NCBI GenBank assembly: GCA_951406725.2
Contig: OX597829.1
Coordinates: 6,944,001-7,008,000, forward strand
Direction of reading: 5' to 3'
Length of the DNA: 64,000 bases
Origin: Octopus vulgaris
Taxonomy: Eukaryota
Within the stretch, counting starts at the first letter, position 1. Each line of letters opens with the position of its first letter. Position numbers and translations under genes: made by a program. The notes beneath the pieces are model-generated. The model ran no database searches. It was not told the origin of the DNA and was given only the letters and a program-made list of their open reading frames with translations. Shown piece after piece: positions 29,916 through 44,597 of this stretch.

Positions 29916-29937
29916 TATATATATATACATACATAAT

Positions 29938-29988
<51 letters not shown>

Positions 29989-30472
29989 GCTATCGATGTT
30001 GACGATAGAAAAATCTCCGTTCCCCAGTATCACTGTATCCGTTTCTATCGTAATGTGGGGTGGGAGTCAAATTCTTCATTGATCAATAACAAGAAAATAC
30101 AGTGTATTTAGACAGCTTCTTTTCTTTTCCTTCTTTTCATCTTGTTAATTTATTGATTTATTGGCTTATATATTTTCGACACATTCTAGGCCTTGACATC
30201 CAGCCAGCCATTTATCTATCTGTTTGTATCTGTATTCTTTTGGGTTTTTTTTATTTTTTAGCTTTTTATTTGTTTTATTTATTTGACCGCAGCCATGCTG
30301 GTGAACCGCCTTGAAGGGTTTTAGTCGAAAAAATCGACATTACCATTTTTTGAAGCGTAGCATTTATTCTATTGGGATCTTTGGGCGTAAAGATAGCTTA
30401 CGAGGAGGTAAACTCACCAACACAGGTTGTCAAGCGTGGTGGGGAACAAATACAAACACACACACACATATA

Positions 30473-31710
30473 TAGAAGGGTTGGCAAAATAGTGGAAACA
30501 GCTAGCATCATAGCATAATCATTTTGAAATATTCGCCAAACGCTTGTTTATGTTTTTATTTATTATTGGGTTGCTTAATATGTTTCGCTAAAATTACTTT
30601 CCGGATATCATCAGAAAAAGGTAATTAAAATTCATTAAAATGACAAATCTATTAGACTTTCAAAGAGGTCAAATTATTGGTGCACGTATGGCAGGCGCTA
30701 GCGTAACGAAACTAGCTGAAATGCTTGGTGTATCGAGAAGCACTGTCTTGAATGTAATGACAGCCTTTGAGAAAGAGGGAAAAACCTTCTCGTCGAAACA
30801 AAACTCCTGAAGAAAACCAAAACTTTCAGATAGGAACCGCCGGACTCTTACGCGAATTGTTAGAAAGGATCACAAAAGTATAGCTCCCAAAATGACTGCA
30901 GAACTTCATGGCCACCTCAAGAATCCAGTTTCCACAAAAATTGTTCGCCATGAGCTGCACAAAGCCGGATTTACCGGGAGGGCTGCAATCAGAAAACCAC
31001 TACTTTCAAAAACAAACGTTGCAAAGTTGCGAAGTGTTTAGGGTGGAGTAAAACCTACAGAATTGTGCCTAGAGTAGTGGAAGAATGTTACTTTCTCAGA
31101 CGAGTCATCCTTTACCTTACTTCCGACCACCGGCCGAGTATACGTGTGGAGACAGCCAAAAGAAGCATTTGACCCAAATTGCCTTCTTCCAACTGTTAAA
31201 CATGGAGGAGGATCTGTAATGATCTGGTGTTGTTATATATTGGGAATCCGTCGGTCCAATGATTTCCCTTCGTGCCTGAATTAATAGTTAAGACTATTTA
31301 AGCATTTTATTTGATCAAATTCATTCTATGTTTGCAGAACTGTTTCCGGAGAGAAGCGCAATCTTTCAGGATGATAATGTACCAATTCACGCAGCTAAAG
31401 TTGTTACTGAATGGCTCGTGGAACATTCTAGTGAAGTTGAACAATTTATCTGGTCATCACAGTCCCCAGATCTCAATATTATTGGACATTTATGGTGTAT
31501 TTTAGAAATCCTCCACCATCATCATTACAAGAACTGAAGACTGTTTTAGCTGAAGTATGGAGAAAATTCCTTTGGAAACAATTCAAACTTTGTACGAGTC
31601 CATACCTCGTAGTATTCAAGCTGTAATTACTGCCAAAGGCGGTCCTACCCTGTATTACAATAAGTTTGCTTGACATTTTAAGATGTTTCCATTATTTTGT
31701 CCAACCCCTG
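30473..31710 (+). mobile_element. Tc1-like DNA transposon, full length, decayed (DD36E spacing)
   Basis: TIRs agaagggttggcaaaatagtggaaaca / tgtttccattattttgtccaacccctg, TA flanks; transposase from ATG 30640 with FSDES, VKHGGGSVMIW, FQDDN...SPDLNII; stops and frameshifts present. Confidence 0.92.
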
Positions 31711-31714
31711 TATG

Positions 31715-31808
<94 letters not shown>

Positions 31809-31989
31809 TGCCAAATCTACTCACAAGGTGTGGTCGGTCCCAGGCTATAGTAGAACACACTTGCATAAGGTGGCACACACTGAGACTGAACCTGGAAATG
31901 TGGTTGGGAAACAAGCTTCTTACCATACGGCCACGCTTGCGCTTATACATACATACATACATTCATACGCACATACATACATACATACA

Positions 31990-32022
<33 letters not shown>

Positions 32023-34576
32023 GCATGCATACATACATACAAACATACATACATACGTAAATACAAACATATGTACATACATACATACATACATACACAC
32101 ACACATACATACATTCGCACATACATACATACATACATTTATACATACATACACACATACATTCATACATACATATAACATACATACAAACATACATACA
32201 TAGATACATGCATACATACACACATACATACACACATACATACATACATACATACATACATACATACATACATACATACATACATACATACATACATACA
32301 TCGCGGAAACTTTTGTGGTAGACAATAAATGTGGGTCCTTCAAAGTTTTACTGAAAAATCTGCACAGACGATTCATTTTTAGTCATCAAACATTAGTACC
32401 TCACATTACTTCACCCTCTCCATCAACTCAATATTACCTGCACAGGTGTACCTCAAATTAAAAATATTAGTGTTCTCTCTCATTACGCCTGATATTATAA
32501 CTTTTTCTAGATCCTTTTTTACGATTATGAAATAGTAGGCCGTATCTATTATGGGTTAAATATAATGCAACATATATAAATAGTTTTGGGTTTAATGAAT
32601 AAATTTAGTTTTGGGTGGGTGTCAAAAAGTATCTTACAAGTTGATCAACTTAGTTTTGTCAAGTCCCCAACGCCACAGGACATCGAAAATTTCGGCGACA
32701 TTCCTTTCAGTTCAAAGTGAATCATCCCAGTAAAGAATAGATTTTCATTTGTCCATTACAGCATCAATATTGAAAACACTGACAGTTGTTAGTCTAACGT
32801 GAAATATTAATATTTTAACTACAAGAAGGTAAATTTTCACATTGTCTAATTGTAAAAATGTAATTAATTATAGCATACACGACAATGAAGCACGCGCAAA
32901 CACACATAAAAACATACACACACTCGCTCGCGCATATGATTGTCCGGTCAGAAGCTTGCCTTCCGACCACATGGTTTCGAGTTCAATGTCACTGCGTGAT
33001 ACCTTGGGCAACTATTTTCTACTATATTTCAAAGCTGACTAAAGCCGTGTCAGTGGATTTCGTACACGAAAACTGAAAGAATTACGCTCGATATATATGT
33101 GTATGTGTCTATATATGTGTCTTTGTGTTTGTGATTGTCCCAACATCACTTGGTAACCAGCGTTGCTTTCTTTGAATCCTCCATTACGTAGTTGTTCGTC
33201 AAAATGTAGCGACAGAATAAGCACCAGGTTTTAAAAACATGTAAAAGTGTGGATTTGCTCAAGTAAAACCTTCAAAGCGGTACTCCAGCATGGCCACAAT
33301 CCACTGGTAGGAAGAAGTAATATATATATATATATATATATAATATACATTATGTGGTAAGGCTTCAGCAAGTCCAAAAGCACTCGATCACCTAAGAGAA
33401 TAAAGATAATCTCTTATTATAAAAGGCAGATTTTATCTGCCTCCCTTTGGGAGTTATACAAATCTACAATATAGGATTTCTTCAATTACAATTTACCTAG
33501 CATTTTTAAGAGTACAATGCATAGCGTCATGCCAGGTCCAGTTTTTAAAATTTAAACTCCAATTAAGCAAAATTTACAGAAAACTCACATTCTGGTGTGT
33601 GTGTCAAATGCTTTTCTTAGTCTGGTTTACACCACACGCAAACGCACACACACAGTGTGCAACGAATAAAATGAAAGTAAATAGCGACAGAGTGATTTGA
33701 GGAAGACTAAACTGAAAGTATTTAAACCACTACTCAAAAACTAAAAAAACACAGCAAACAGAAACAAATAAATACATAACCATTTACTCCTCACACAATT
33801 TCTTGAATTAGAATTTACCTAAGATTTTTCAGAGTACTTCAGTGGGTGATGCCATAAAAAATTTCTTTCAATTTTACCACCAATTAAGACAAAATTCGAG
33901 AAAACTCAATATTTTAACATATCACTCCGAAAGCATTGATGTACATGTGTGCGTGCGTGAGTGTGTGTGTCATTCCTCACACACACGCATACACATACAT
34001 ATACAACTACATACAACTACATACACATACAACTACATACAAACACGTGTGTGTTTGTTATTAGTAAAAATGGCGCAAAACTCAACTCACTTATCATTCC
34101 AACACATTTGCAAAGACACACGGACGGACAGAAAAGGTAAATTGGTTTTTATTTTACTCTGTATATATTTTATTATATAATATTATATATAGATATATGT
34201 ATATATAATTGCAGTATGAAACAGTGTTTATGTATAAACAGACGACACTTATATATAGTTACCAAGCCGCCCGAATTTACCTATTCATATTTAAATGAGA
34301 ATATCAGAGCAAATCTTTTTAGTACATTCGTGAAAACACGTATTATACTTCGTAAACACTTCAACTACAGTTTTGTACAAAAATCGAAGTGTAATTTTAA
34401 TTCCGTGAATTATGGGAGATTTTTTTCCGAAATTTGTTCCTATTGTGTTTTCAAAATTTGTAATTCTGACAAAAAATGGATACGAATTTCATTATATCAA
34501 GCAGCGAGTCAGAATTCGAAGGATTTTCTACTGAAGACCTTCATAAATCTAACTCTATGACTGAAAAAAAAAAGCA

Positions 34577-34970
34577 TCTTTATATAAGAGTGAAGTTGTG
34601 TGTCTGTCTCCTACGATTTAGATTCCTAACTACTCCCACATTTTGCGGTGCAGTTTAACCAAAAGCGGGTATCTTATAGTCGTGATTCATATCGAGCCCT
34701 TCTGGGTATTAGCGTTCGTCTACGATGAGTCTACGATTTAAAAAAAATTTACCATCATATTTTTCCATTTTAATGCATTTTTTTCGCTTTTATATAAGGG
34801 AAGTAACTCTCTAAAAATATCTACGATGTGTCAACGATTTAAAAAAAAATTACCTTAATTTTTTTTCAATTTTTAATGCATTTTTTTGCTATTTTTTGGC
34901 TATAACTCTCTAAAAATGCTTATATATTTAATTCCCTTACCACCCGAGCAACGCCGGGCGATACTGCTAG
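34577..34970 (+). mobile_element. Non-autonomous Helitron
   Basis: A|TCtttatataag 5' end, 3' GC hairpin cccgagcaacgccggg then CTAG|T, no TSD; a second A|TC-type start at 33410 may extend it. Confidence 0.75.
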
Positions 34971-35158
34971 TGTTATAATAATAAAAAACCCCAGAAAAGC
35001 CGTCTTGGAAACCCTGGGTAGCAGTATTTCACGAGACTTGTGGTTTTCGTAGTAATATTGTGTGTGTGTGTGTGTGAGTGTGTGTGTGTGTGTGAGTGTG
35101 TGTGTGTGCATATACATATATATATATACATACACATATTTGGCAAACAGCTTAATAG

Positions 35159-35204
<46 letters not shown>

Positions 35205-36364
35205 GTGTGTGTAGGCGTGCATTTCTTTTGTTTCTAAGTTTGTATATGCAAATATTCATGTACGACTAAATATGAGAGACGAATAAACATTTGCCAATGC
35301 AGTCTTGCACTTCGCACGCACTAAACACACGTTAACGTCTACATGCACGCATGTATATAAGTAAACACGCTTGCATACATGGTTTTATAAATGTTTTAGC
35401 CCTTTTACAAAAGCCATAAGTTCTACAATGGGTATGTATATCATATTTATTTCTACAATGCATACCATCTTTGAAGCCTTTTCAGAAAGCAATTAACTAA
35501 TGTTATATTAAGCTAATGAAAATAGTTGTTGTATGAGAAATATACATAAATCTACTCGAAGCTATATGTCGAAAATTGTTACAACTTATCCTCCACACCA
35601 AAACAAGCAAATAAAAGTAATCAGAATTTCGTAGTCAAGTTCTCCATTTGCTTTTATTAATTCTTCAATTCAACAATGGCTTAGAATTGATAAGTTCAAC
35701 TTTTAATGTCAGAAAAATATAACTTTTTCGTATTCTTAGAATTTCTTCTCCTTTAAAATATTCCGCAATTTCTGTATAGGTTTTTAATATAATGAATTAC
35801 ATGGTCATGTCATCGGAATGATTCCATTATCAGAAAGAAATTATTTTGTATAGTTCTCGACTTGGCATAGTACATTGCCTTGTCGCTGAAATATCAACTC
35901 ATCAATGCTAATTTTTGCATCGGCGCAATCTAACGTCAAGGTAATCTTGCTGTAAAGAAGAAATATACTTTTAGTGTCTCTAGGGACTCTAAACATGATT
36001 GATATAGGACACTTAACAGAATTGATTGATTGTATCATGGAAATGTAAAGGGATTTTCTTTAAATATTTCCTGTCCAGGGTTTCAAGAAGAAATTCCGAT
36101 CTTGGGTTATTAAGTTGGTCTTTAAATGTTTATATTTCTAGTGTTCCTAAATGTATTAGATGAGCAAGAGCTATAGGAGAAGTTCGTCTCTCCTACATGT
36201 CTTATAATATTTAATTACTGCTTTTTACTTTCCGAGTTCAAATCTAGTCAAAGCTGTTTCAAAGCAAATACTCATAATGTGCTGCTGTCGATATTCCCCA
36301 ATAATAAATGAACATTATTTTTATTTGTATTACTTTGTTGGAGATGGTATCACGATGATGATTT

Positions 36365-36400
<36 letters not shown>

Positions 36401-37929
36401 ACCCTGCGTTGTAATATCAGTCTGTATTAAAAGTTTGATTTTGGGTACCATCTCATGGGTTCCTGGTGTAATATGTTTTGCTTTCTGCTCATAAGTCAAG
36501 TCTTTCGTGTTTTCTTAATTTTGTTGGCAGGTATTTGATGTTTATATAACGTTTGGCAAATTAAGTATGGCTGGAATAAATATCAGATTTTCCTATTAGT
36601 GAGGAATTCGCATGATAAACTATTAAACTATCCAAGATGAAATATTTTACGCTTTAAAATTTAGACTTATGTACTTGCCCTGTATTCTCTAATTATTTGT
36701 CGACAATGTTTACTTAAATAATACGTTAACTTAAATAAGATGTAAAAAATAGATTTTTTTCATAACATCCTTGAAAATAACTTATAAATGTTATATAATA
36801 TCTATTAAATTTCACTCAATATATTCTCATTTATTGACATTATTGATGTACAGAGTCTAGTTTTCTGTTGGCTTACGGAGAAAAGGAAACCAAAATAGAT
36901 TTATGGAAGGCTATTTCAAGTTATTGACTTCAAGTTTTTGGATGAGTAAATAAAAAACATGTTCAATTTATTTTATATATCTTTTATTTATGGATACTTA
37001 TATACATACACAGGTATATTTGTGTGTGTGTGTTTGTGTGCGTGTGTTTGTGTGTGTTAATGTTTAGATGGATAATGGAGAATTTTTAATTTAATTCATT
37101 TCGATTTAATTCAGGTTATCCACTCAAATCAAACTTCACCGACTTAAGAATGGAATTGCACATTATATAAAAGACCTCCTTCAGTGATGAGTGACCATAC
37201 GATTGCACCCAGAAAGTTATCTTCCGAGACAAAAGTCCGGGTAAAGTTGTTTGTGGAAGACCGACAGTTTCTCAAGCATACCTCTCTCCACACCACTGTT
37301 ATCCAAGGGAAAGGCAAAAACCGATACAAATTGGCACCAGTGATGTCGCAACTTATTTCTACAGCTGAGTGAACTGGAAGTGAAACAAAGTGTCTTGCTC
37401 AAGAACGCAACACGCAGCCGGGTTCGGGAATGGAATTCACAGATTCATGATTGCAAGCCCAACGCTTAAACAATTGAGTAATAAAGAGACTGAATCTTTG
37501 ATAGGTTATTGCCTGTAACTGTGGTCGCACGAGATCTGGTTGACCTGAAATGAACCAACGACTAACTAGTGTCAGACTGCGATTTGCGGGTAGTTCTCAA
37601 ATTAGTCAGAAACCGTCGGATTTGTTGTACTTAATATTTCTCTTCTTAAATTAGGAGGAGAATTTTTTGTGGGGAAATGATTCCAAAGTTTTGTTAGAGT
37701 GAATCAAAAATCTTAGCCTCTGTAGAAATATATTTCTTAAGTTGAAAAGATTATTAGGTTTCGTAGAGTGTTTTATGTTTACATGTTTTTTAAAACCGAC
37801 TTAATGATTTATTCCGGATACTATCTAAATTATACAGACATACATACTTTAACGTAAACCGTTATAAGTTTTCCATTTTAACTTATTTATTAGATGAAAT
37901 GTTTAGAAAAGAGAAACTAAAAATTCATA

Positions 37930-38340
37930 GGCGCAGGAGTGGCTGTGTGGTAAGTAGCTTGCTAACCAACCACATGGTTCCGGGTTCAGTCCCACTGCGT
38001 GGCACCTTGGGCAAGTGTCTTCTGCTATAGCCCCGGGCCGACCAATGCCTTGTGATTGGATTTGGTAGACGGAAACTGAAAGAAGCCTGTCGTATATATG
38101 TATATATATATAAGTGTGTGTGTATATGTTTGTGTGTCTGTGTTTGTCCCCCTAGCATTGCTTGACAACCGATGCTGGTGTGTTTACGTCCCCGTCACTT
38201 AGCGGTTCGGCAAAATAGACCGATAAAATAAGTACTGGGCTTATAAAGAATAAGTCCCGGGGTCGATTTGCTCGACTAAAGGCGGTGCTCCAGCATGGCC
38301 GCAGTCAAATGACTGAAAAAGGTAAAAGAGTAAAAGAGTA
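37930..38340 (+). mobile_element. SINE family A, full length
   Basis: A box TGGCTGTGTGG, B box GGTTCAGTCCC, tail gtaaaagagtaaaagagta. Confidence 0.9.
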
Positions 38341-39127
38341 ATACGTACATATATATGTACAAATATATATATATATATATTGATATGTATGTATGTATGT
38401 ATGTGTATGTATACTTATATATATATATGTATGTATTCTTATATATATATATGTATATATATATGTACATATATATATATATAACATATAACAATACAAA
38501 TCATGAACAGTATCATGGAGCCTGCTATAATGAATATAAAACATCCAAGGAGATATTTTTTCCTCTGAAGATATTATGCTCAGGTCATATAAAATTAATT
38601 TTACTTCATATTTATTGACGATTAATTGAAACAGCTGTAAGGGATGATAATTAATTAGCTGTTAATAATAAACAATTATTAACTTGCCAATCTCCATTTT
38701 CTTTTTTATATGAATATAAACTAAATGTTTTATATATATATATATACAACATTATTTTAAGGAAATTAATTCCCCCAAAATGTGCATTGAACTAGAATTT
38801 CCTTGGATGAAACCAGACATTCCTGAGGTTAACACAACCTCTAATCGAGATTATATATATATATATTCATATATATATATACTGTAAAATAACTGTATAT
38901 AATATATATCGTAATGATATTTATACTCAGATTTTGAAACGACAACTTTTAGATATAAACAAATGACCGAAAAAAAAAAGAATATATATATTTATACTCT
39001 CTTTCTCTTTTACTCTTTTACTTGTTCATGCTGGAGTACCACCTTTAGTCGAGCAAACAGACCCCAGGACTTATTCCTTGGAAGCCTAGTACTTATTCAA
39101 TCAGTCTCTTTTGCCGAACCGCTAAGT

Positions 39128-39169
<42 letters not shown>

Positions 39170-39233
39170 TAGATAGATAGATAGATAGATAGATACATAC
39201 ATACATACATACATACATACATACATACATACA

Positions 39234-39269
<36 letters not shown>

Positions 39270-40140
39270 CATACATACAGACAGACAGACAGGCAGACAA
39301 ACAAGAAAAAGAAGAGTGAGAAACTTTATGCCCCTGAATGTCTTCAGCCAAATCAATAAATAATATAACCGATGTATCATTTTCCCTAATTTTCTCCTTC
39401 AATGACTCGTCATTCACTTTATTGTTGCTCTTAAATCTTTTACCTTAGGCTTTTGGAATTAGTTACGAGATTCTGGAGAATCAGGAAACTCAGAGTATAA
39501 ACAAAGAGTAGTCTTAGTACTATACTTTAATCAAATATGCACCGTTATTGCACCTGCAATCGGCTTCACCCGGGAAAGCTTCTATAGCTTCTGTGCTTCA
39601 CGTGGCGCCCTCGTACTCGATCGGACACTAGATAGCTACCTCACCGGCGATTGCACAGCCTAGAGTTTTCGGGTTCAATAAGGATAGCACAGCAAATCCA
39701 TTACTCTCTCCAAACTACTGTTATGATTCAGAGAACAAAGCAGGGCAAGATATTTAGTGTTAGTGTTACCATAGAATCTACAACAACTTATTGCATGGTG
39801 GGTGGTTGTCGTTGGCGAGTAGATTGGTACCCACTAGGCTTGCCTGGCGATGAAGATTGCTACAAACACAGCAGGACTAAAAAAGAGGAAGGACCTGTCT
39901 AACAATAGCATGAGCCCTCAGAAATTTCCGGTTGGTCTCCGGCGTGTTGGAAAAGCACTAGGAGTGAGGTACTACTTAGCCCTTTTGTTAAAGTACATCC
40001 CTAGCAGAAGAACACTCTCATATAAAGCCAGATATGCAGGGAGTGGCATTAAATATTTGAGGAATGTTCTACTTCCGCTTGAGATTATGGCGCTCTGACA
40101 CTCCTGAGTCTGCGACCCATATACAATGTGTATATATATA

Positions 40141-40553
40141 TATTTCTTTATTGCCCACAGGGGTTAAACATAAAGGGGACAAACAAGGACAGACAATGGA
40201 TTAAGCCATTTACATCAACCCCAGTGCATAACTGGCACTTATATAATCGTCCCCGAAAGAATGAAAGGCAAAGTCGAGCTCGGCGGAATTTAAACCAAGA
40301 ACATAATGGCAGATGAAATACCTATTTCTTTACTACCCACAAGGGGCCAAACACAGAGAGGACAAACAAGGACAGACAAACGGATTAAGTCGATTATATC
40401 GACCCCAGTGCGTAACTGGTACTTAATTTATCGACCACGAATGGATGAAAGGCAAAGTTGACCTCGGCGGAATTTGAACTCAGAACGTAACGGCAGACGA
40501 AATACGGCTCCGCATTTCACCCGGAGTGCTTACGTTTCTGCCAGCTCGCCGCC
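40141..40553 (-). mobile_element. Tandem family B SINEs (one lacking its head)
   Basis: Two consecutive reverse copies, ~40141-40320 and ~40321-40553. Confidence 0.85.
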
Positions 40554-40554
40554 A

Positions 40555-40628
<74 letters not shown>

Positions 40629-40710
40629 TGATAGAAATGGTAAGACAACAAAAGAAAGAAAGAGACCTCGATATTATGTAAATAAAGGAATTTATCGGTA
40701 AATGTAATAT

Positions 40711-40801
40711 GTGATAATTATTCGGTAGCCATGATAAAACTCGAGTTTCCACCTCGGCATCCGAAACTCAGAGTTTTATCATGGCTACCGAATAATTGTC
40801 A
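40711..40801. repeat. Inverted repeat containing the 3' half of an HHR
   Basis: gtgataattattcggtagccatgataaaactcgagtttc / gaaactcagagttttatcatggctaccgaataattgtcac; GAAA-ctcgag-TT is palindromic. Confidence 0.7.
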
Positions 40802-40805
40802 CACA

Positions 40806-40861
<56 letters not shown>

Positions 40862-40916
40862 CATATATATATACATATATATTTATATTACATATTAAAA
40901 TACCTTTAAATTTAAA

Positions 40917-41477
40917 GGTTATCAGCATATTAGCATAGAAATAATTTTCTTTTGCCCTTGTTTATAAGTTGTTTATAATTTTAACCTTTAAAGATAATTT
41001 GATATGCTACCACTTTTTTGATGAAATTTTTTTCTGTAAAAAAACTTCATCCTATATTAGTAATAGACTTATTACTATTCGCTATAGGGACTGGTAACCA
41101 TTATAAGCTGTGGTGGGGAACAGTTCACACGTGTGCAGGGGCTGACCAAAGGATTTTATATTTAGATATATCTGGGGGTACTTATATGTACTCATGACTT
41201 TTGCTTCGGCTTTTTTCTTTCCATGGGTACATGTATTTCATTTATTTTTTTTTTCGTATTTTCTACTGAAGAGGAAAAAGTTATGAAATTATAACCGAAA
41301 TTGATTCGATATAGAAATAACGAACTTTAATAAAAAATTCTGTTGGCTAGCTTTCATCGATTTCAGCACAACGTATTTCTGTAATGGGTATAATAATATG
41401 TGGAAACTGACGATTTAAAAGTCTGTTATCAGCATATTGTCATAGAAATAATTTCTGTAGCCCTTGTTTATAAGTTA
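40917..41477 (+). mobile_element. Penelope-like pLTR / retrozyme-like element (507-bp unit)
   Basis: atcagcatatt...gcccttgtttataagtt at 40921 and 41428; contains the HHR at 41260; related to the 56450 element. Confidence 0.7.
41260..41317 (+). ncRNA. Type-I hammerhead ribozyme candidate
   Basis: tttcta-CTGAAGA-G gaaaaa GTTAT gaaatt ATAAC C-GAAA-ttg att cga-TA-tagaaa; 6-bp stem I, AUA site. Confidence 0.7.
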
Positions 41478-41490
41478 TATATATATATAT

Positions 41491-41620
<130 letters not shown>

Positions 41621-42216
41621 GGAGTGAGTGGTAATTAGGCTGATGCAGTCATCGATTTTTCTCAAATTCCCCTCAGACAGAAAACTGCGTGTGGAGAAGG
41701 AAGTGCTTTCCTCTTTAAATGGATTCACCAACAGGTAGATAGCTGGAGCGAAAATGATTAGAGGGAAAGAGAATGCTCTAGGAATGCGCATGTGGACTGT
41801 GGTGCAACAGTTAGGCAAACACTTGTGCCGTTGGGTGCGTGGGCTCGCTTGATTGGTTCAGTTGAAGGCACTCCTCTCTCAGACGCGCTACCTCATCCTT
41901 GTATTTATGTACTTTTCACGCTACGTATACCTTTCTCTCCACTCTAGACTCGCTTTACGTAAACCCTAGCACAAACTGCAACCTATCTTATTTTTGTTCT
42001 TCACAATTATACGCCTTTTTAGCAAATAGAAATGCCATTATTATTATTATTACAATTATTATTGTTGTTGTTGTTGCTGCTGTTGTTGATACTGTTATTA
42101 TAAGGTATATCGAAGCAACCACAACGGCAACCGTAGCAACCTGATGTAGTAGCACTACTAGAAGTAGTAGCAGTGGTGGTAGTAGTAGTGGTGGTGGTGG
42201 TGGTGGTGGTGGTGGC

Positions 42217-42267
<51 letters not shown>

Positions 42268-42547
42268 AGTGGTAGTGGTGGTGGTGGTAGTAGTAGTAGT
42301 AGGAGGAGGTGGAGGAGGAGTACACTTTCTTACCACGACTACCAGGCAACCACACTGTTTTATTCTCTATCCTTCATTGGTTTTGCCAGTTTATATACAA
42401 ACGCAAACAATTCTTCTTATAACGCCAAAGCAAAACAAAAGTCTAAATAAAAGTAAATAAACAAATAATAATGAAGTAAAGCACTAAAAAAAAACACCTC
42501 AAAATGAAATCAAAGAAAAATGATGACAGTAAAAACAGACAACAGCA

Positions 42548-42598
<51 letters not shown>

Positions 42599-42617
42599 GT
42601 AATAAATAATAATAATA

Positions 42618-42650
<33 letters not shown>

Positions 42651-42658
42651 TAATAATA

Positions 42659-42696
<38 letters not shown>

Positions 42697-42702
42697 GTAA
42701 TA

Positions 42703-42754
<52 letters not shown>

Positions 42755-42760
42755 GTAATA

Positions 42761-42859
<99 letters not shown>

Positions 42860-42889
42860 TAATAATAATAATAATAATAATTAATAATG

Positions 42890-42945
<56 letters not shown>

Positions 42946-42957
42946 TAATAATAATAA
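42548..42957. repeat. ~410-bp (AAT)n microsatellite within a cluster of (GATA)n, (GTA/GTG)n and (GA)n tracts
   Basis: Directly visible. Confidence 0.95.
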
Positions 42958-43198
42958 AAAGGAAAACAAGAAGAAAAAAATGAATGATAAAAGGAGAAAA
43001 GGGGGAGGGAAGTATAGCAATATACATTTTGTAAGTCGATGTTTCTTCAAAACCAGCTAATTTGCGTTAACTTAAATGTCTTCTGATACCTTATAAAGAG
43101 AGCGATTTTAACCAAGTTTTCTTTATTATATGGCCAAACCCCTCCGGGGGCCGAAAATACGCGGGCTACAACTTACAATAGATGCCAAATGAAAACAC

Positions 43199-43247
<49 letters not shown>

Positions 43248-44422
43248 TGGAGATAATAGTGTGCGTAAATAAGAAAGAGTAATAGAGATAAAGACAAGAG
43301 AAGTGAGAGAGAGAGGAAATATGAGCGTTTTTTTTAATATTTTTGTTTGTTTTTTTTTTAAGGTAAGAGGAAGGACACAGAAAAGATTGTCACTGGAAAC
43401 GAAAGCAAGCAAGGAAAGATAGAAGAAAGAAAGGAAGAAAGAAAGAAAGAAAGATTTGTATGAAGAAAGGGTAAGAAATAGAGAAATAGAGAAAGAATCA
43501 ACGAAAGAAAACTAGAAAGAGAGGAAGGGAGAGAAAGAGAGCCCTAATAACATATTGTCCCATAAAATTAATTGATAGTCGAAAAAATCAATATCTAATA
43601 AGGTTCCAGAAGATAATGAAAGAGTCAGATCTTTTGTTCGCTTGCTGCTCATCATCCGCTGATTCAACGATAAGAAGATTAGCAAACGCGAGGAGGAAAA
43701 ATATGATTGAAACTGACTGCTTCTGTGGTTAGCGAAGGGATCGCGCCAGTGACGGGCGGAGACGGAAGGGAGAAGAAGAAAAATATGAACAGTTTGCGGG
43801 CTTGCTGCTGCTGCTGCTGCTGCTGCTGCTTGCCTGTGTCGCCTGTTCGCCTGCTTCCCTGATTGCCTGTTCATTTGCCTGCATGCTTGCATGCCTGCAT
43901 GCTTGCATGCCAGTATGCCCATCTGTCTGTCTGCCTGCCTGTCTGTCTGCCTGCCTCTTTCTCTCTTTCTTTGTCTATCTCTCTGCGTGTCTGTCTGCCT
44001 GTCTTTTTTGGTTTTCTTGTTCCAGTTGTTGTTGCTACTTTTGATGTTGTTCCCTGCTGCTAGTTTTGCTTTACTTTAGCCTAAGGTCAACCTTGGTCAA
44101 TGAAACTTATGATCAAAAATCATCCAGCTATGCTTGTGACCATCCTGTCTTTTTTTTTTTTGGTATCGAGAATTACTTAAAACTCGTGCCTCGTACAATT
44201 TTTTCTTACCTCTATAACAACAGCGTAATTTGATCGAGATTTGGCTGTTAATGCTAGTAAGTCAAGCAACGACATACTCTCATTGTTACCTATCGATATA
44301 TAGAAAGATACAAATATAAAAACAACAGACTCACACAAACACACTCACACACACAGATGGATAGATAGACGGATAGACAAGCAGAGAGATAGACAGACAG
44401 ACAAATAGATAGGCAGACTGAC

Positions 44423-44500
<78 letters not shown>

Positions 44501-44505
44501 GTAGG

Positions 44506-44597
<92 letters not shown>

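Noticed and set aside
35760-36300. Possible piggyBac remnant (ISIDEL) on the minus strand
   Set aside because: Only one short motif; no TIR or TTAA site confirmed
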